A stretch of DNA of 64,000 nucleotides. Source: an uncultured Gammaproteobacteria bacterium (lineage in GTDB: Bacteria > Patescibacteriota > Patescibacteriia > Magasanikbacterales > UBA922). The notes under the pieces were generated by a model that made no database searches, was not told the DNA's origin, and saw only the letters and a list, made by a program, of their open reading frames with translations. The stretch spans positions 11,612 through 75,611 of the forward strand of contig CAZFUL010000001.1 of the NCBI GenBank assembly GCA_964522435.1. Reading direction: 5' to 3'. Each line of letters opens with the position of its first letter. Positions within the stretch are counted from its first letter, which is position 1. A program made the position numbers and the translations under genes. Of this stretch, positions 36,945 through 47,140 are shown one piece after another.

Positions 36945-39893
36945 TTATTTTTTTTCAATATCTAATACCAACCCTTTGCTTGTCATGATGTACCCTCGAA
37001 TAATGAGTGTTCCTTGGTGTACTTGACTATGGCATGCTTCACACAAAGCGACGAGATTTGCTTTATTATTTTTATGAATATGCGCAATATTGCCATGGTC
37101 ATCTGCCTGTTGCTGCGGAACAATATGATGTGTTTCTTGTACCTTTTTTTTGCATACCGCACAGACCGTTAAGTACATATCTGTATGATACGGGCTTTGT
37201 TGCTTTTGCGTCAATAATTCAACCGTATCTAATTCACCTGCCAATTCTCGTCTAATTTTCATGGCCGTTTTTAAAAATTGCTCATCCATATGTAGGGATT
37301 GCGCAAACTCTAATCCATACACAGAACTACCGCTCCCTGATTGTAATTGGCGATCAAAGATAAGCCGATCTTCTTGTTCATCGTAGCGAACGGACATATG
37401 TACGCTGATCACATGAGGTAATTGCTGCATGTAGGGGAGTTGTTGGAGTTGATGCAAATGGGTGGTAAACACAAATAAGCTCCCGCTTTGGGATAATCGC
37501 ATCATGGTTGATAACACAATCGCTAAAGAAGAAAGGGTTTCTGTGCCATGACTAATTTCATCCCCAAGCAGTAAACTTTTTTCTGTTGCTCGCGCAAAAA
37601 TATGTTTTAATTCCATCATCTCTACGGCAAAAGAAGAAAGGCCTCGAGCAAAGTTATCTTTGCCAACAATACGGGTAAAGAGTTCATGAAATAACGAAAA
37701 ACGCATTGAGGCTGCTGGGACGTATAATCCGGCTTGCGCTAATATCACTGCAATCCCAATACTTTTCATGAGAGAGGATTTTCCACTGGAGTTGATGCCA
37801 TACAGTAATACGCCACGAATATCATCACTGGGTATATCTGAAGTAACACAGGATTGTTGTGCATACGTTTTGTTTCCCAGCACCAAATTATTGGGGACAT
37901 ACACCCCCTGTTCTTCACGAAGTTCTACCAGTGGGTGGCGTAGTTGTTGTATATCAAGAATATGCTCATGTGGTGCTGTGTCTACAATCTCTGGCCGTTG
38001 CAAGCGTAAAGCAATAGAAGAGCGTATGGTGCTTGCCGCCACATCAATGGCTGAAATAAATTGGATACTGTGTGCGATGATGTCATGAAATTTCGTATCG
38101 ATAATATGCAGTTCCTGAACAAAGAGTTCTTTTACCATGGCACGTATTTTTGTTTGTAAGAGCAAGAGCTCTTCGGATATACGATCAATACTGTCACTCG
38201 TTATTTTAATATTGGTTGTTTGTACTTTATAGCGAAAGTCACTCAAGGCATACACTGTCCCATCAAGAGAAATAAATGTTTTTTTGAGAGCGTCTTGAAT
38301 AAGCGCATAGCGACTTTTGGTCATACTAATATAATGACCTTCTTTGTCTAATTGTTTTATGTGGATATACTCAGGTTCTTTTTTTCCGGTTTGTTCTTCG
38401 AGTACAGAAACAATATGATCTTTAATAGATAGTAATTTACTGTATGCCGCGTGTTGTTTTTGAACTAAATCATCGAGTGGGGTATGCGTGTTTGGTTGAA
38501 AAAACGTTCCATCAATAGTGGATAGCGACATGCCTGCGGTATCTGATAAAAGAAAAATGTGTTGTATGTAATGTATTGCCGCGTCAATATCTTTTTCTTT
38601 TTGTTGCATATCAACAATAACCGCATGTGGCGTCGTTGTTGTGCGAAGAATAGTAATACATGTTTTTGCTGCAACCAACGAATCATATAAAAAATTAATT
38701 TCAAAGGGATGCAGCCTTGCCAATTGTACCCGACGTAACAAGCGCTCCATGTCGTATACATTGGTAAGCGCTTGTTCAATATCTCCTAAAAAAGGACGAA
38801 CCGCTTCTGCTAAATGATAGCGTTGTTCAATCTGCTGTTTATCAACAATGGGGTGGAGGAGTCTATCTTTGAGTAAGCGTCTGCCCAGACTGGTCTTCGT
38901 ATAATCAATTACATCTAATAACACGCGTTCATTTGGATCACGAGAAATAATGTTGAGTTGTTCAAGGGGATTATTTCCTAAATATAAAAAGCGGCGCGGT
39001 TCAATTGATACCGGCATACGAAGTTTTTTCATGATGCTATATTCATGATCAATAATAAACTCAATAAGAACGGCCAGTGCCTCTCCGGTAAGGGGCGTAT
39101 GTTCTAAATTAAGATATTCTATGGGACTTAAAAAAGATTCAATGGCAAAGGTTTGTTTAAACAATTCATTTTGATACGCAATAGGAGGCCGTGAGGTCGT
39201 GTGGTGCACTTTATGCTGTTGCTGTATTTCAAGATATTCGAGAAGCTCTTGTTTTGAAACACGAGGATTCAGCGTGGTAATGAGTATTTCTGTTGTTCGA
39301 TGGCTATGAACCACAGAAAACAACTCATCGAGTGCTGCTGTTTTATCTTCTTTGCTCCCACTTGCGTGGAGTGTATAGCAGATGCCGGTCGTTACGTCGA
39401 TTGCTGCATAGCCAATCGTAAAAACACCTTGTTGTTCATCTACCGTGATAGATGCAATAAGGGTTTCATCATGGTCAACGGTATAATCAAAATTCACTCC
39501 AGGAGATAATATACGATCTACATATCGAGTGACCGCAGGTGGTTCTCCTTTTTGACGGACAATAGCAATGGTATATTTTTTTTCTTGCACCAGCCGAGAT
39601 ATGTAGCGATCAAAGGTTGCGGTAGGAAAGCCACATAAGAGGGGATTTTTGAGAGAATTTTCTGCAATATGTTTATTTCTTCTGGTGAGTTGGAGGTTAA
39701 GAATTTCTGCAATTTCTTTTGGTTTTCCAAGACTCATTTCTTTATTATCAACCCCATACACTTCAAAGAATGAACCAACTTCAATAACCACAACGGTGTT
39801 GTTTCCGTAGCGTTGTTCAAGGAGTGTTTGAAGTTCAAAATAAACATCTACCAAGGATTTGTCTTCTTGCGCAAGAATCTCATGTATATCCAT
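36945..39893 (-). CDS. MutS-family protein with C-terminal HNH endonuclease domain (MutS7-like)
   Basis: MutS domain I-like N-terminus 'GSFFEVYG', ABC ATPase 'GINSSGKSSLMKSIG' ... 'LLGDEISHGTE', C-terminal HNH 'HHIVPQQQADDHGNIAHIHKNNKANLVALCEACHSQVH'. Confidence 0.8.
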   Translation of the reverse strand: MDIHEILAQEDKSLVDVYFELQTLLEQRYGNNTVVVIEVGSFFEVYGVDNKEMSLGKPKEIAEILNLQLTRRNKHIAENSLKNPLLCGFPTATFDRYISRLVQEKKYTIAIVRQKGEPPAVTRYVDRILSPGVNFDYTVDHDETLIASITVDEQQGVFTIGYAAIDVTTGICYTLHASGSKEDKTAALDELFSVVHSHRTTEILITTLNPRVSKQELLEYLEIQQQHKVHHTTSRPPIAYQNELFKQTFAIESFLSPIEYLNLEHTPLTGEALAVLIEFIIDHEYSIMKKLRMPVSIEPRRFLYLGNNPLEQLNIISRDPNERVLLDVIDYTKTSLGRRLLKDRLLHPIVDKQQIEQRYHLAEAVRPFLGDIEQALTNVYDMERLLRRVQLARLHPFEINFLYDSLVAAKTCITILRTTTTPHAVIVDMQQKEKDIDAAIHYIQHIFLLSDTAGMSLSTIDGTFFQPNTHTPLDDLVQKQHAAYSKLLSIKDHIVSVLEEQTGKKEPEYIHIKQLDKEGHYISMTKSRYALIQDALKKTFISLDGTVYALSDFRYKVQTTNIKITSDSIDRISEELLLLQTKIRAMVKELFVQELHIIDTKFHDIIAHSIQFISAIDVAASTIRSSIALRLQRPEIVDTAPHEHILDIQQLRHPLVELREEQGVYVPNNLVLGNKTYAQQSCVTSDIPSDDIRGVLLYGINSSGKSSLMKSIGIAVILAQAGLYVPAASMRFSLFHELFTRIVGKDNFARGLSSFAVEMMELKHIFARATEKSLLLGDEISHGTETLSSLAIVLSTMMRLSQSGSLFVFTTHLHQLQQLPYMQQLPHVISVHMSVRYDEQEDRLIFDRQLQSGSGSSVYGLEFAQSLHMDEQFLKTAMKIRRELAGELDTVELLTQKQQSPYHTDMYLTVCAVCKKKVQETHHIVPQQQADDHGNIAHIHKNNKANLVALCEACHSQVHQGTLIIRGYIMTSKGLVLDIEKK

Positions 39894-39901
39894 ACGATCA
39901 A

Positions 39902-40786
39902 TTACATCCCTCGTAATTTTGCAATTCGATCTTCAATAGGAGGATGTGTGGAGAACAAATTTTTTATTCGCGCGCCTTTTTGTGGATTGGAAATAAACAA
40001 ATGCGCCGTTGCCGCATTTGCCGTAGTAAGCGGTGTAGAGGAAGCAGCTATTTTTTCTAGCGCCCGGGCAAGTCCCTCGGGATAGCGAGTAAGCAATGCT
40101 CCAGATGCGTCAGCCAAATATTCTCGTTTTCGAGAAATAGCGAGTTTAATGAGTTCAGAAATAATCGGTGAGAGAATTAATAGAACCACTCCTGCAATCG
40201 CAAGAATCGTTCCCAATTGGCCGCTTGGACGACGATCATCATCGCTGCCACCACCCAGCAGTCGAAAACGAAAGAAAAAGTCAGATAATAACGCAATGGT
40301 GCCAACCAACACGACAACAATGGTCATCACTCGAATATCATAATTTTGAATATGGGATAATTCATGAGCAATAACCCCTTCTAATTCTTCATTCTCGAGG
40401 GCCTCAATTAACCCAGTTGTTAAGGCAATAGAGGCGTGTTCGGGGTCTCTTCCTGTGGCAAAGGCATTTAATGCAGGGGAGTTGATAATATGTACTTTTG
40501 GGACAGGGATCCCCGCGGTAATACACAAGTTTTCTACCATGCGAAAAACATAAGGATTATCTTCTTTTTGTATACGTACTGCAGCACTTGCGTGTAAGGC
40601 CAATTTGTCAGAATGATAATAACTGACAATGGAGGTGACAGAAGAAAATATGACCGCAAACACCAGTGCGCCATACCCAGCTTCGGTATATAGGCTAAGG
40701 AGATACCCAATTCCAATAATAAAGGCAAGAAAAATGCCAATAAGAATACGAGTTTTTCGTTTGTTTGCGTCAATCTGAGAATACAT
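39902..40786 (-). CDS. htpX: zinc metalloprotease HtpX (M48)
   Basis: 'HELSHIQNYD' HExxH motif with four TM segments. Confidence 0.85.
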   Translation of the reverse strand: MYSQIDANKRKTRILIGIFLAFIIGIGYLLSLYTEAGYGALVFAVIFSSVTSIVSYYHSDKLALHASAAVRIQKEDNPYVFRMVENLCITAGIPVPKVHIINSPALNAFATGRDPEHASIALTTGLIEALENEELEGVIAHELSHIQNYDIRVMTIVVVLVGTIALLSDFFFRFRLLGGGSDDDRRPSGQLGTILAIAGVVLLILSPIISELIKLAISRKREYLADASGALLTRYPEGLARALEKIAASSTPLTTANAATAHLFISNPQKGARIKNLFSTHPPIEDRIAKLRGM

Positions 40787-40788
40787 AA

Positions 40789-41382
40789 TTACAATGAAAC
40801 CACGACATTTTTTCTTTCTGCGGCGTCTTCTATTTCAAAGAATTCGTACTTCGTGAATTTGAGCATTGTTGCAAAGACATTATTTGGAAAGCTTTCCATT
40901 TTGGTATTAAAGTCTCGTACCATGCCATTGTAAAAGCGACGAGAGGCTTGAATTTTATTTTCTGTGTCAGACAATTCATCCATAAGTTGTGACACATTGT
41001 TGTTTGCTTTTAAATCTGGATATGCTTCTACGGCAATTTGTAATTTAGATAACATACCGCCAAGCATACTTTCGCTGGTTGCTAAGGCTTTTGTATCTCC
41101 GGCTTGTTGCGCATCCATCGCTTGTGAACGAGCTTTGGTAATATTTTCCAACAGCGTTTTTTCATGGGTCATGTAGCCTTTGACACTGTTGATTAAGTTG
41201 GGAATCAAATCATGGCGGCGTTTTAGCTGCACGTCAATATCGCTCCAAGATTCTTTGGTGCGATTATTGAGTTTTACTAAGCCATTATAGAGGGCAATAA
41301 GCCAGAGGGCGAGCACAATAAGAATGGCTAATACGATATACAATGCGATCATAGTCATAAAAAATATAGCCCAGAGATGCAA
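40789..41382 (-). CDS. lemA: LemA family protein
   Basis: N-terminal TM segment plus 'LYNGLVKLNNRTKESWSDIDVQLKRRHDLIPNL'. Confidence 0.8.
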   Translation of the reverse strand: MHLWAIFFMTMIALYIVLAILIVLALWLIALYNGLVKLNNRTKESWSDIDVQLKRRHDLIPNLINSVKGYMTHEKTLLENITKARSQAMDAQQAGDTKALATSESMLGGMLSKLQIAVEAYPDLKANNNVSQLMDELSDTENKIQASRRFYNGMVRDFNTKMESFPNNVFATMLKFTKYEFFEIEDAAERKNVVVSL

Positions 41383-41503
41383 GATGCCTCAGGGCATCTA
41401 TAACGGGCGCTGAATTAAAAAATATGTCTTGATAGAAGAGGATATATCTTGTATACTCTTATGACTATAGTAACGTAAATAACCCCTTTTCGTCAATAAA
41501 AGT

Positions 41504-42685
41504 ATGAGTACGATTATTCTGTTTATTGTGGTATTGAGTATTTTAGTCTTTGTTCATGAATTTGGGCATTTTATTGCGGCAAGAAAAGCGGGCATGAAAG
41601 TATATGAATTTGCTATTGGTTTTCCTCCCTTATTGATTGGGGTATATAAAGATCCTAAAACGAAGAAATTTGTTTGGGTAAGAGGAAAACGTCGCAATGC
41701 GGTTGCTGCTGGAGGAGGAAAACAAACACAAGAAGAGCAAGAATATCCGGCAACGCTCTATTCATTAAATATGTTGCCTTTGGGAGGATTTTGCAAAATC
41801 AAAGGAGAAAATGGAGAAGAAATGAATGATTCAGATAGTTTTGGCTATCAAAAAATTTGGAAAAAGATACTCGTGCTCATTGCTGGTGTGGTCATGAACA
41901 TTGTATTGGCAGCAGTTCTCTTGAGCATTGGCTTTATGATTGGCTTACCGAGTGACGTCAGCCGGGGTGTTCCAAAAGGCGCGGTGCTGGTAAATGAACC
42001 TGCCTTGCTTATTCAAGCGACAGAACCAGGCTCAGCGGCAAGTGACGCTAATTTAGATATTCAACCAGGCGATAGTCTCCGTTTTATTAATGGTATGCCC
42101 GTAACAACGGTTGCTGATGTTGTTGCTGCGGTACAAGGATTAGAAGGACAGCCAGTAGAATTACGGCTTGTTCGTGGAGATATAGAACAAATAAAAACCA
42201 TTGTTCCTACGATTATAAAAGAAGGAGAATCTGCTCGTTTAGGATTATTACTTTCTGAAGCTGCGATGGTACGCTATCCGTGGTATAGTGCGATTTGGCA
42301 AGGCTTTTCTGCTGCGATGTTTGGATTGGCTGGTATTTTTGTGTCATTTTTCTTGTTAATAAAGAATCTTATGTTTGGCACTGGGATGGCATTGAATGTG
42401 GCGGGCCCTGTTGGTATTGCGACTATTATTGGACAAAGTGCTGATTTGGGGATTCAATATTTAATTAATGTTACGGCGATGATTTCGTTAAGTTTGGCAG
42501 CCATTAACATTTTACCTATTCCTGCGCTTGATGGAGGAAGATTGTTATTTGTATTGATTGAAGGTGTTTCTGGAAAAAAAGTACCCTTGCGCTATGAACA
42601 AACAGCCCATACTATTGGTTTTGTGCTCTTGCTTCTTTTGCTTGTGGTTGTTACGATTCGTGATATTGGGGGATTATTGTTATAG
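41504..42685 (+). CDS. rseP: RIP metalloprotease RseP (site-2 protease, M50)
   Basis: 'HEFGHFIAAR' and 'NILPIPALDGG' M50 motifs, with a PDZ domain in the middle. Confidence 0.85.
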   Translation: MSTIILFIVVLSILVFVHEFGHFIAARKAGMKVYEFAIGFPPLLIGVYKDPKTKKFVWVRGKRRNAVAAGGGKQTQEEQEYPATLYSLNMLPLGGFCKIKGENGEEMNDSDSFGYQKIWKKILVLIAGVVMNIVLAAVLLSIGFMIGLPSDVSRGVPKGAVLVNEPALLIQATEPGSAASDANLDIQPGDSLRFINGMPVTTVADVVAAVQGLEGQPVELRLVRGDIEQIKTIVPTIIKEGESARLGLLLSEAAMVRYPWYSAIWQGFSAAMFGLAGIFVSFFLLIKNLMFGTGMALNVAGPVGIATIIGQSADLGIQYLINVTAMISLSLAAINILPIPALDGGRLLFVLIEGVSGKKVPLRYEQTAHTIGFVLLLLLLVVVTIRDIGGLLL

Positions 42686-43108
42686 ATGGTTATGAGAGAA
42701 GGATTACCCAAAACAATTGAGCAGCAACAAGGTTTGTTTATAGAAATGCAACGAGAGGCATATACAAAAACAGCTGAACGTATAGCACGAGCATTTACTT
42801 ACGATTTGCTTGAGTCATCAAAAGTACCAATTGCCGAGGCACAAGCAATTTCGTCCAAACGAACAGAGATCATGACAACCTTTTTACATAAAAAATTTAC
42901 TCAAAAGCACGAAGGTACTGACACGGAAATTTTTTCAGAAGCGGTCGAAGAGGTATTGCTCACATTGAGAGATTTGCCTGTCGCACACATACCAGAATTA
43001 GTGAGGAGAGCACAACAGGTGTATGACGAAGATGCTGCGATAAGGAATACCGTAGCTGCGACAAAAGGAAAGGGACGCCTTGGTATGTTTCCCGAAGTTG
43101 ATTCATAA
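42686..43108 (+). CDS. hypothetical protein
   Basis: 140-aa ORF with no recognisable motif, wedged between rseP and pheS. Confidence 0.35.
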   Translation: MVMREGLPKTIEQQQGLFIEMQREAYTKTAERIARAFTYDLLESSKVPIAEAQAISSKRTEIMTTFLHKKFTQKHEGTDTEIFSEAVEEVLLTLRDLPVAHIPELVRRAQQVYDEDAAIRNTVAATKGKGRLGMFPEVDS

Positions 43109-43115
43109 TCGTTGT

Positions 43116-44150
43116 ATGTTAGAAAAACAATTAGCACAAATAAAAAAAGAAATAACAGAGGCGCTTGCAGAGGTACAGCAACTGTCTGATTTAGATATAT
43201 TAAATCAGCGGTTTTTTTCTAGAAAATCTGGGGTGTTTACGGAGCTCATGAAAGAGTTAGCGACTGTCTCAGGAGAGGCAAAAAAGAATCTGGGCATGCG
43301 TATGAATGAAACAAAAAAAGAATTAGAAGGGTTATTTCAACAAACACAACAAGCCTTAGAAACGCTACAGCAAGACGCGCAAATGAAAGATGAACAGATA
43401 GATATTACTGCTCCCGCGCTTCCTGAACCCCTGCGAGGGCATTTGCATCCCATGACACAAATTCATCGTGATTTGGAAGAGTTGTTTCGTTCCATGGGAT
43501 TTATGGTATTGGATGGTCCAGAACTCGAAAGCGATTATTTTAATTTTGAAGCCTTACATATTCCTAAAGATCATCCAGCACGAGATACGCAAGATACTTT
43601 TTTTATTGCAGATCATCCAGAATGGGTGATGCGTACGCATACGTCTCCAGTGCAAGTGCGGGCAATGATAAAATATGGTGCACCGCTCCGCGCTGTTGTT
43701 CCTGGCCGGGTCTTTCGTAATGAGGCCACAGACAGCACGCATGAACATACCTTTTATCAAATGGAAGGTTTAGTCGTTGATAAAGATATTTCAATTAGCC
43801 ATTTAATTGGCGTGATGAAAGGATTGTTAGAGGGCATGTTAAAACAATCCGTGACCGTCCGGTTACGTCCTGGATTTTTTCCTTTTGTTGAACCTGGATT
43901 TGAATTAGATATGCGTTGTTTAGTCTGTACTGGCAGCGGCTGTTCTGCTTGCAAACACGCGGGTTGGATAGAAATGATTCCCTGCGGACTCGTGCACCCA
44001 GAAGTATTAAAAGCTGGTGGACTTGATCCCGAGATATATAGTGGATTTGCCTTTGGGTTGGGGTCAATGCGCTTAGTTATGCAGCGCTATCATATAGAAG
44101 ATATTCGACACTTTATGTCCGGAGACCTTCGTTTCTTAAAGCAATTTTAA
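43116..44150 (+). CDS. pheS: phenylalanine--tRNA ligase alpha subunit
   Basis: 'FRNEATDSTHEHTFYQMEG' class II motifs. Start placed at the ATG at 43116, after the upstream stop. Confidence 0.9.
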   Translation: MLEKQLAQIKKEITEALAEVQQLSDLDILNQRFFSRKSGVFTELMKELATVSGEAKKNLGMRMNETKKELEGLFQQTQQALETLQQDAQMKDEQIDITAPALPEPLRGHLHPMTQIHRDLEELFRSMGFMVLDGPELESDYFNFEALHIPKDHPARDTQDTFFIADHPEWVMRTHTSPVQVRAMIKYGAPLRAVVPGRVFRNEATDSTHEHTFYQMEGLVVDKDISISHLIGVMKGLLEGMLKQSVTVRLRPGFFPFVEPGFELDMRCLVCTGSGCSACKHAGWIEMIPCGLVHPEVLKAGGLDPEIYSGFAFGLGSMRLVMQRYHIEDIRHFMSGDLRFLKQF

Positions 44151-44152
44151 GT

Positions 44153-46600
44153 ATGCGTATTTCAAAAAAATGGTTACATGAGTATGTGTTTCTTCCTGAT
44201 TCATTAACTCCCAAAGAGTTTATGGAACAGCTGACGCTCCATACGGTAGAGGTAGATGGGTATGTGGATCAACAACAGGCCTTTGAGCATATGGTTGTTG
44301 TGCGAATTGAAGATATACAACAACATCCAAATGCCAATGCGCTGCAGGTTTGTATTGTGTTTGATGGACAAGAACGCTATACCATTGTTTGTGGAGGATC
44401 TAATCTTACGGTTGGTATGCTTGTTGCCTTAGGAAAAGTAGGGGCAAAGGTCCGTTGGCATGGAGAAGGAGAGCTCATTGAACTACAAGAGACCGCTATT
44501 CGTGGTGTTGTGTCGCAAGGCATGATTTGTGCTGCGAATGAAATTGGCTTGGGACAGCTATATCCACAGGCGGGAGAAAAAGAAATTCTTGACTTATCTC
44601 ATTTAAAAGTAAAACCAGGAATGCCACTTGCAGAAGCGTTGGGGATGACCGATGTATTATTTGATATTGATAATAAATCCATGAATCATCGTCCTGATTT
44701 ATGGGGGCATTATGGAATGGCACGAGAAGTGGCCGCGGTGTATGGAAAAAAATTAACGCCCTATGAACCTCGATCAATCACAGAAGGAAAGGGGACGGGT
44801 ATTACGGTGCATATTGAAGAACCAGAATTATGTTCTCGCTACATGGCCGTTGCTGTTTCACATGTCGTTGTCGCGCCATCACCTGCATGGTTACAAGAAC
44901 GGTTACGTGCCGTTGGGTTGACGCCGATAAATAATGTGGTTGATATTACCAACTATGTTATGTTTGATTGTGGTCAACCGCTGCATGCGTTTGATGCGGA
45001 AAAAATACAGTCAAAAAAAGGGGGTATTGATATACGCGTTCGTAAAGCAAAAGAAGAAGAAACACTCATAACGCTCGATGGCAAACAACGGCTGCTTCGT
45101 CCTGCAGATCTTATTATTGCCAACAAAGAACGACCACTTGCGTTAGCAGGTATTATTGGAGGAATGGATTCTGCTATTGATACTAATAGCACGACGATTA
45201 TGTTTGAAGCCGCCACATTTCATGCTGTTTCTGTGCGTCGTAGTGCCATGGCATTTGGGGTACGCACGGAGTCGTCTGCTCGGTTTGAAAAAACATTAGA
45301 TCCGTATTTACCAGAAATAGCTTTACGCAAAGCCGTAGAACTATTGCAGCAAGTATGTCCAAGCGCTACCGTCTGTAGTACTGTTGTTGATAAAGGGTTT
45401 AAGAAAAAAACAGTACCTACCTTACGCATAAGTTATGCGTATTTGGCAAAAAAAATAGGGCAGGATATTGCACATAAACAAATTATTACTATTTTAGAAC
45501 GGTTGGGATTTGGGGTAGTAGAAAAAAAGAATGAGATGCTTATTCAAATACCGAGTTGGCGTACAAAAGATATTACGCAGAGAGAAGATATTGTGGAAGA
45601 AGTTGCGCGTATGTACGGCTATGATCATATTACTGCCACACTACCATTATTTCCTGTCGTGGCACCAGAGCAACATCCTGTTCGGTCACTTGAACATCGC
45701 GTAGAAGATACGCTTGCTATGGAGTGTGCATATAGCGAAGTATATAATTATTCTTTTGTCTCTCCTGTTTGGTTAGAACAGCTGGGCATGTCTTTGGATG
45801 GACATCTTCGTTTACAAAATCCGATGCAACAAGATCGTCCATTGTTGCGTCGTAGTTTATTACCAAATTTATTAAAAAGTGCTGAACAAAATGCGCATAA
45901 AGAATCACGCGTAGCGTTATTTGAAATCGGAAAAACATTTTTACAAGAAGAAGCGGGTGATCGTCCAGGCGATGATGGGGAATTACTGCCTCGTCAACAA
46001 AGTATGTTGGGGATCATATATATGAACAAGGGAGAAGACACGCCATTTTTTGGAGCGAAAGCGGCGTTAACCACCTTAGCCAATCGATTAGGGAGTACGC
46101 TTGAATATACGCGACTTGATGCGGGTTCTCGTTCTTATATTCATGCAGGTCGAGCCGCTACGCTTAGTATTAATGGAAGAAACATAGGAGAAATATATGA
46201 ACTCCATCCTCGTACGCTGCAATCCGTCGGTATTTCTTTGCGCTTGTGCTATGCAGAAGTATCGTTAACAGAATTAAGTGAGTGTATTGTATCTGATACC
46301 CATCACTATACTGCCTTGCCCGTATTTCCGTCTATTATGAGAGATATTGCGTTTGTGGTGGATAAATTAGTAACACACCAAGAGCTCATGATCGCACTGC
46401 AACAAGTGAATCCCTTAATTGTTTCTGTCACCTTATTTGATGTATATGAAGGAGAACATGTGCAACAAGGAAAAAAGAGTATGGCCTATAGTATTGTCTA
46501 TCAGTCAAAAGAAAAAACATTAACTACACAAGATATTGATGTGATACATACTTCTTTGCGCAGCATGTTGGAAAAACATTTTTCTGCGCAACTGCGATAA
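44153..46600 (+). CDS. pheT: phenylalanine--tRNA ligase beta subunit
   Basis: 815 aa with tRNA-binding, B3/B4, B5 and FDX-ACB-like regions. Immediately downstream of pheS. Confidence 0.9.
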   Translation: MRISKKWLHEYVFLPDSLTPKEFMEQLTLHTVEVDGYVDQQQAFEHMVVVRIEDIQQHPNANALQVCIVFDGQERYTIVCGGSNLTVGMLVALGKVGAKVRWHGEGELIELQETAIRGVVSQGMICAANEIGLGQLYPQAGEKEILDLSHLKVKPGMPLAEALGMTDVLFDIDNKSMNHRPDLWGHYGMAREVAAVYGKKLTPYEPRSITEGKGTGITVHIEEPELCSRYMAVAVSHVVVAPSPAWLQERLRAVGLTPINNVVDITNYVMFDCGQPLHAFDAEKIQSKKGGIDIRVRKAKEEETLITLDGKQRLLRPADLIIANKERPLALAGIIGGMDSAIDTNSTTIMFEAATFHAVSVRRSAMAFGVRTESSARFEKTLDPYLPEIALRKAVELLQQVCPSATVCSTVVDKGFKKKTVPTLRISYAYLAKKIGQDIAHKQIITILERLGFGVVEKKNEMLIQIPSWRTKDITQREDIVEEVARMYGYDHITATLPLFPVVAPEQHPVRSLEHRVEDTLAMECAYSEVYNYSFVSPVWLEQLGMSLDGHLRLQNPMQQDRPLLRRSLLPNLLKSAEQNAHKESRVALFEIGKTFLQEEAGDRPGDDGELLPRQQSMLGIIYMNKGEDTPFFGAKAALTTLANRLGSTLEYTRLDAGSRSYIHAGRAATLSINGRNIGEIYELHPRTLQSVGISLRLCYAEVSLTELSECIVSDTHHYTALPVFPSIMRDIAFVVDKLVTHQELMIALQQVNPLIVSVTLFDVYEGEHVQQGKKSMAYSIVYQSKEKTLTTQDIDVIHTSLRSMLEKHFSAQLR

Positions 46601-46734
46601 GTGTTTTAAGTTATCCCCATCATCACAAAGCTTCGATACTCCGCAAACAGGCATGCATGTGCTATAATAAAAAAAAGCCTGTTATTTTTAAATCGCATTG
46701 TACACTTTCTTGTGCTCTGTGATCGGAGGACATT

Positions 46735-47091
46735 ATGCTTCTCACTTCCAGTCAAGAATTATTATATCTTGTTCTTGCTATTTGTCTTGTGTGGTTTACT
46801 GTATTTTTATGTTGGTTGTTATACCAAGCCGGAAAAGTATTACAAAATGCAAATCGTATTATTGAATCTCTCGCGCATAAGTTAGAACTTATTAATGAAG
46901 CGGTACAATACATGCGTTCAAAAGTAGATGGCGTATCAAAAAATATGGGTGTGGTAAGTTCTATGATCTCTGGCCTTGCAGAAAAATTTGTGATGGGAAA
47001 GTTAGCCAGTCGTTTTGAACAAAAAGTAAGCTCCGCCATGAAACCAATGACAGAAAAAAAAGGAGTAAAAAAAAGAGTAAAAGCAAAATAG
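46735..47091 (+). CDS. hypothetical membrane-anchored protein
   Basis: N-terminal TM segment, predicted helical remainder, Lys-rich tail. Confidence 0.35.
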   Translation: MLLTSSQELLYLVLAICLVWFTVFLCWLLYQAGKVLQNANRIIESLAHKLELINEAVQYMRSKVDGVSKNMGVVSSMISGLAEKFVMGKLASRFEQKVSSAMKPMTEKKGVKKRVKAK

Positions 47092-47100
47092 TTACCTAAT

Positions 47101-47130
47101 AAAAAACCCCGAATCATTCGGGGGTTTTTA
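47101..47130. terminator. bidirectional intrinsic terminator
   Basis: 'aaaaaaccccgaatcattcgggggttttta' between convergent genes. Confidence 0.65.
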
Positions 47131-47140
47131 TTAATGAAGA

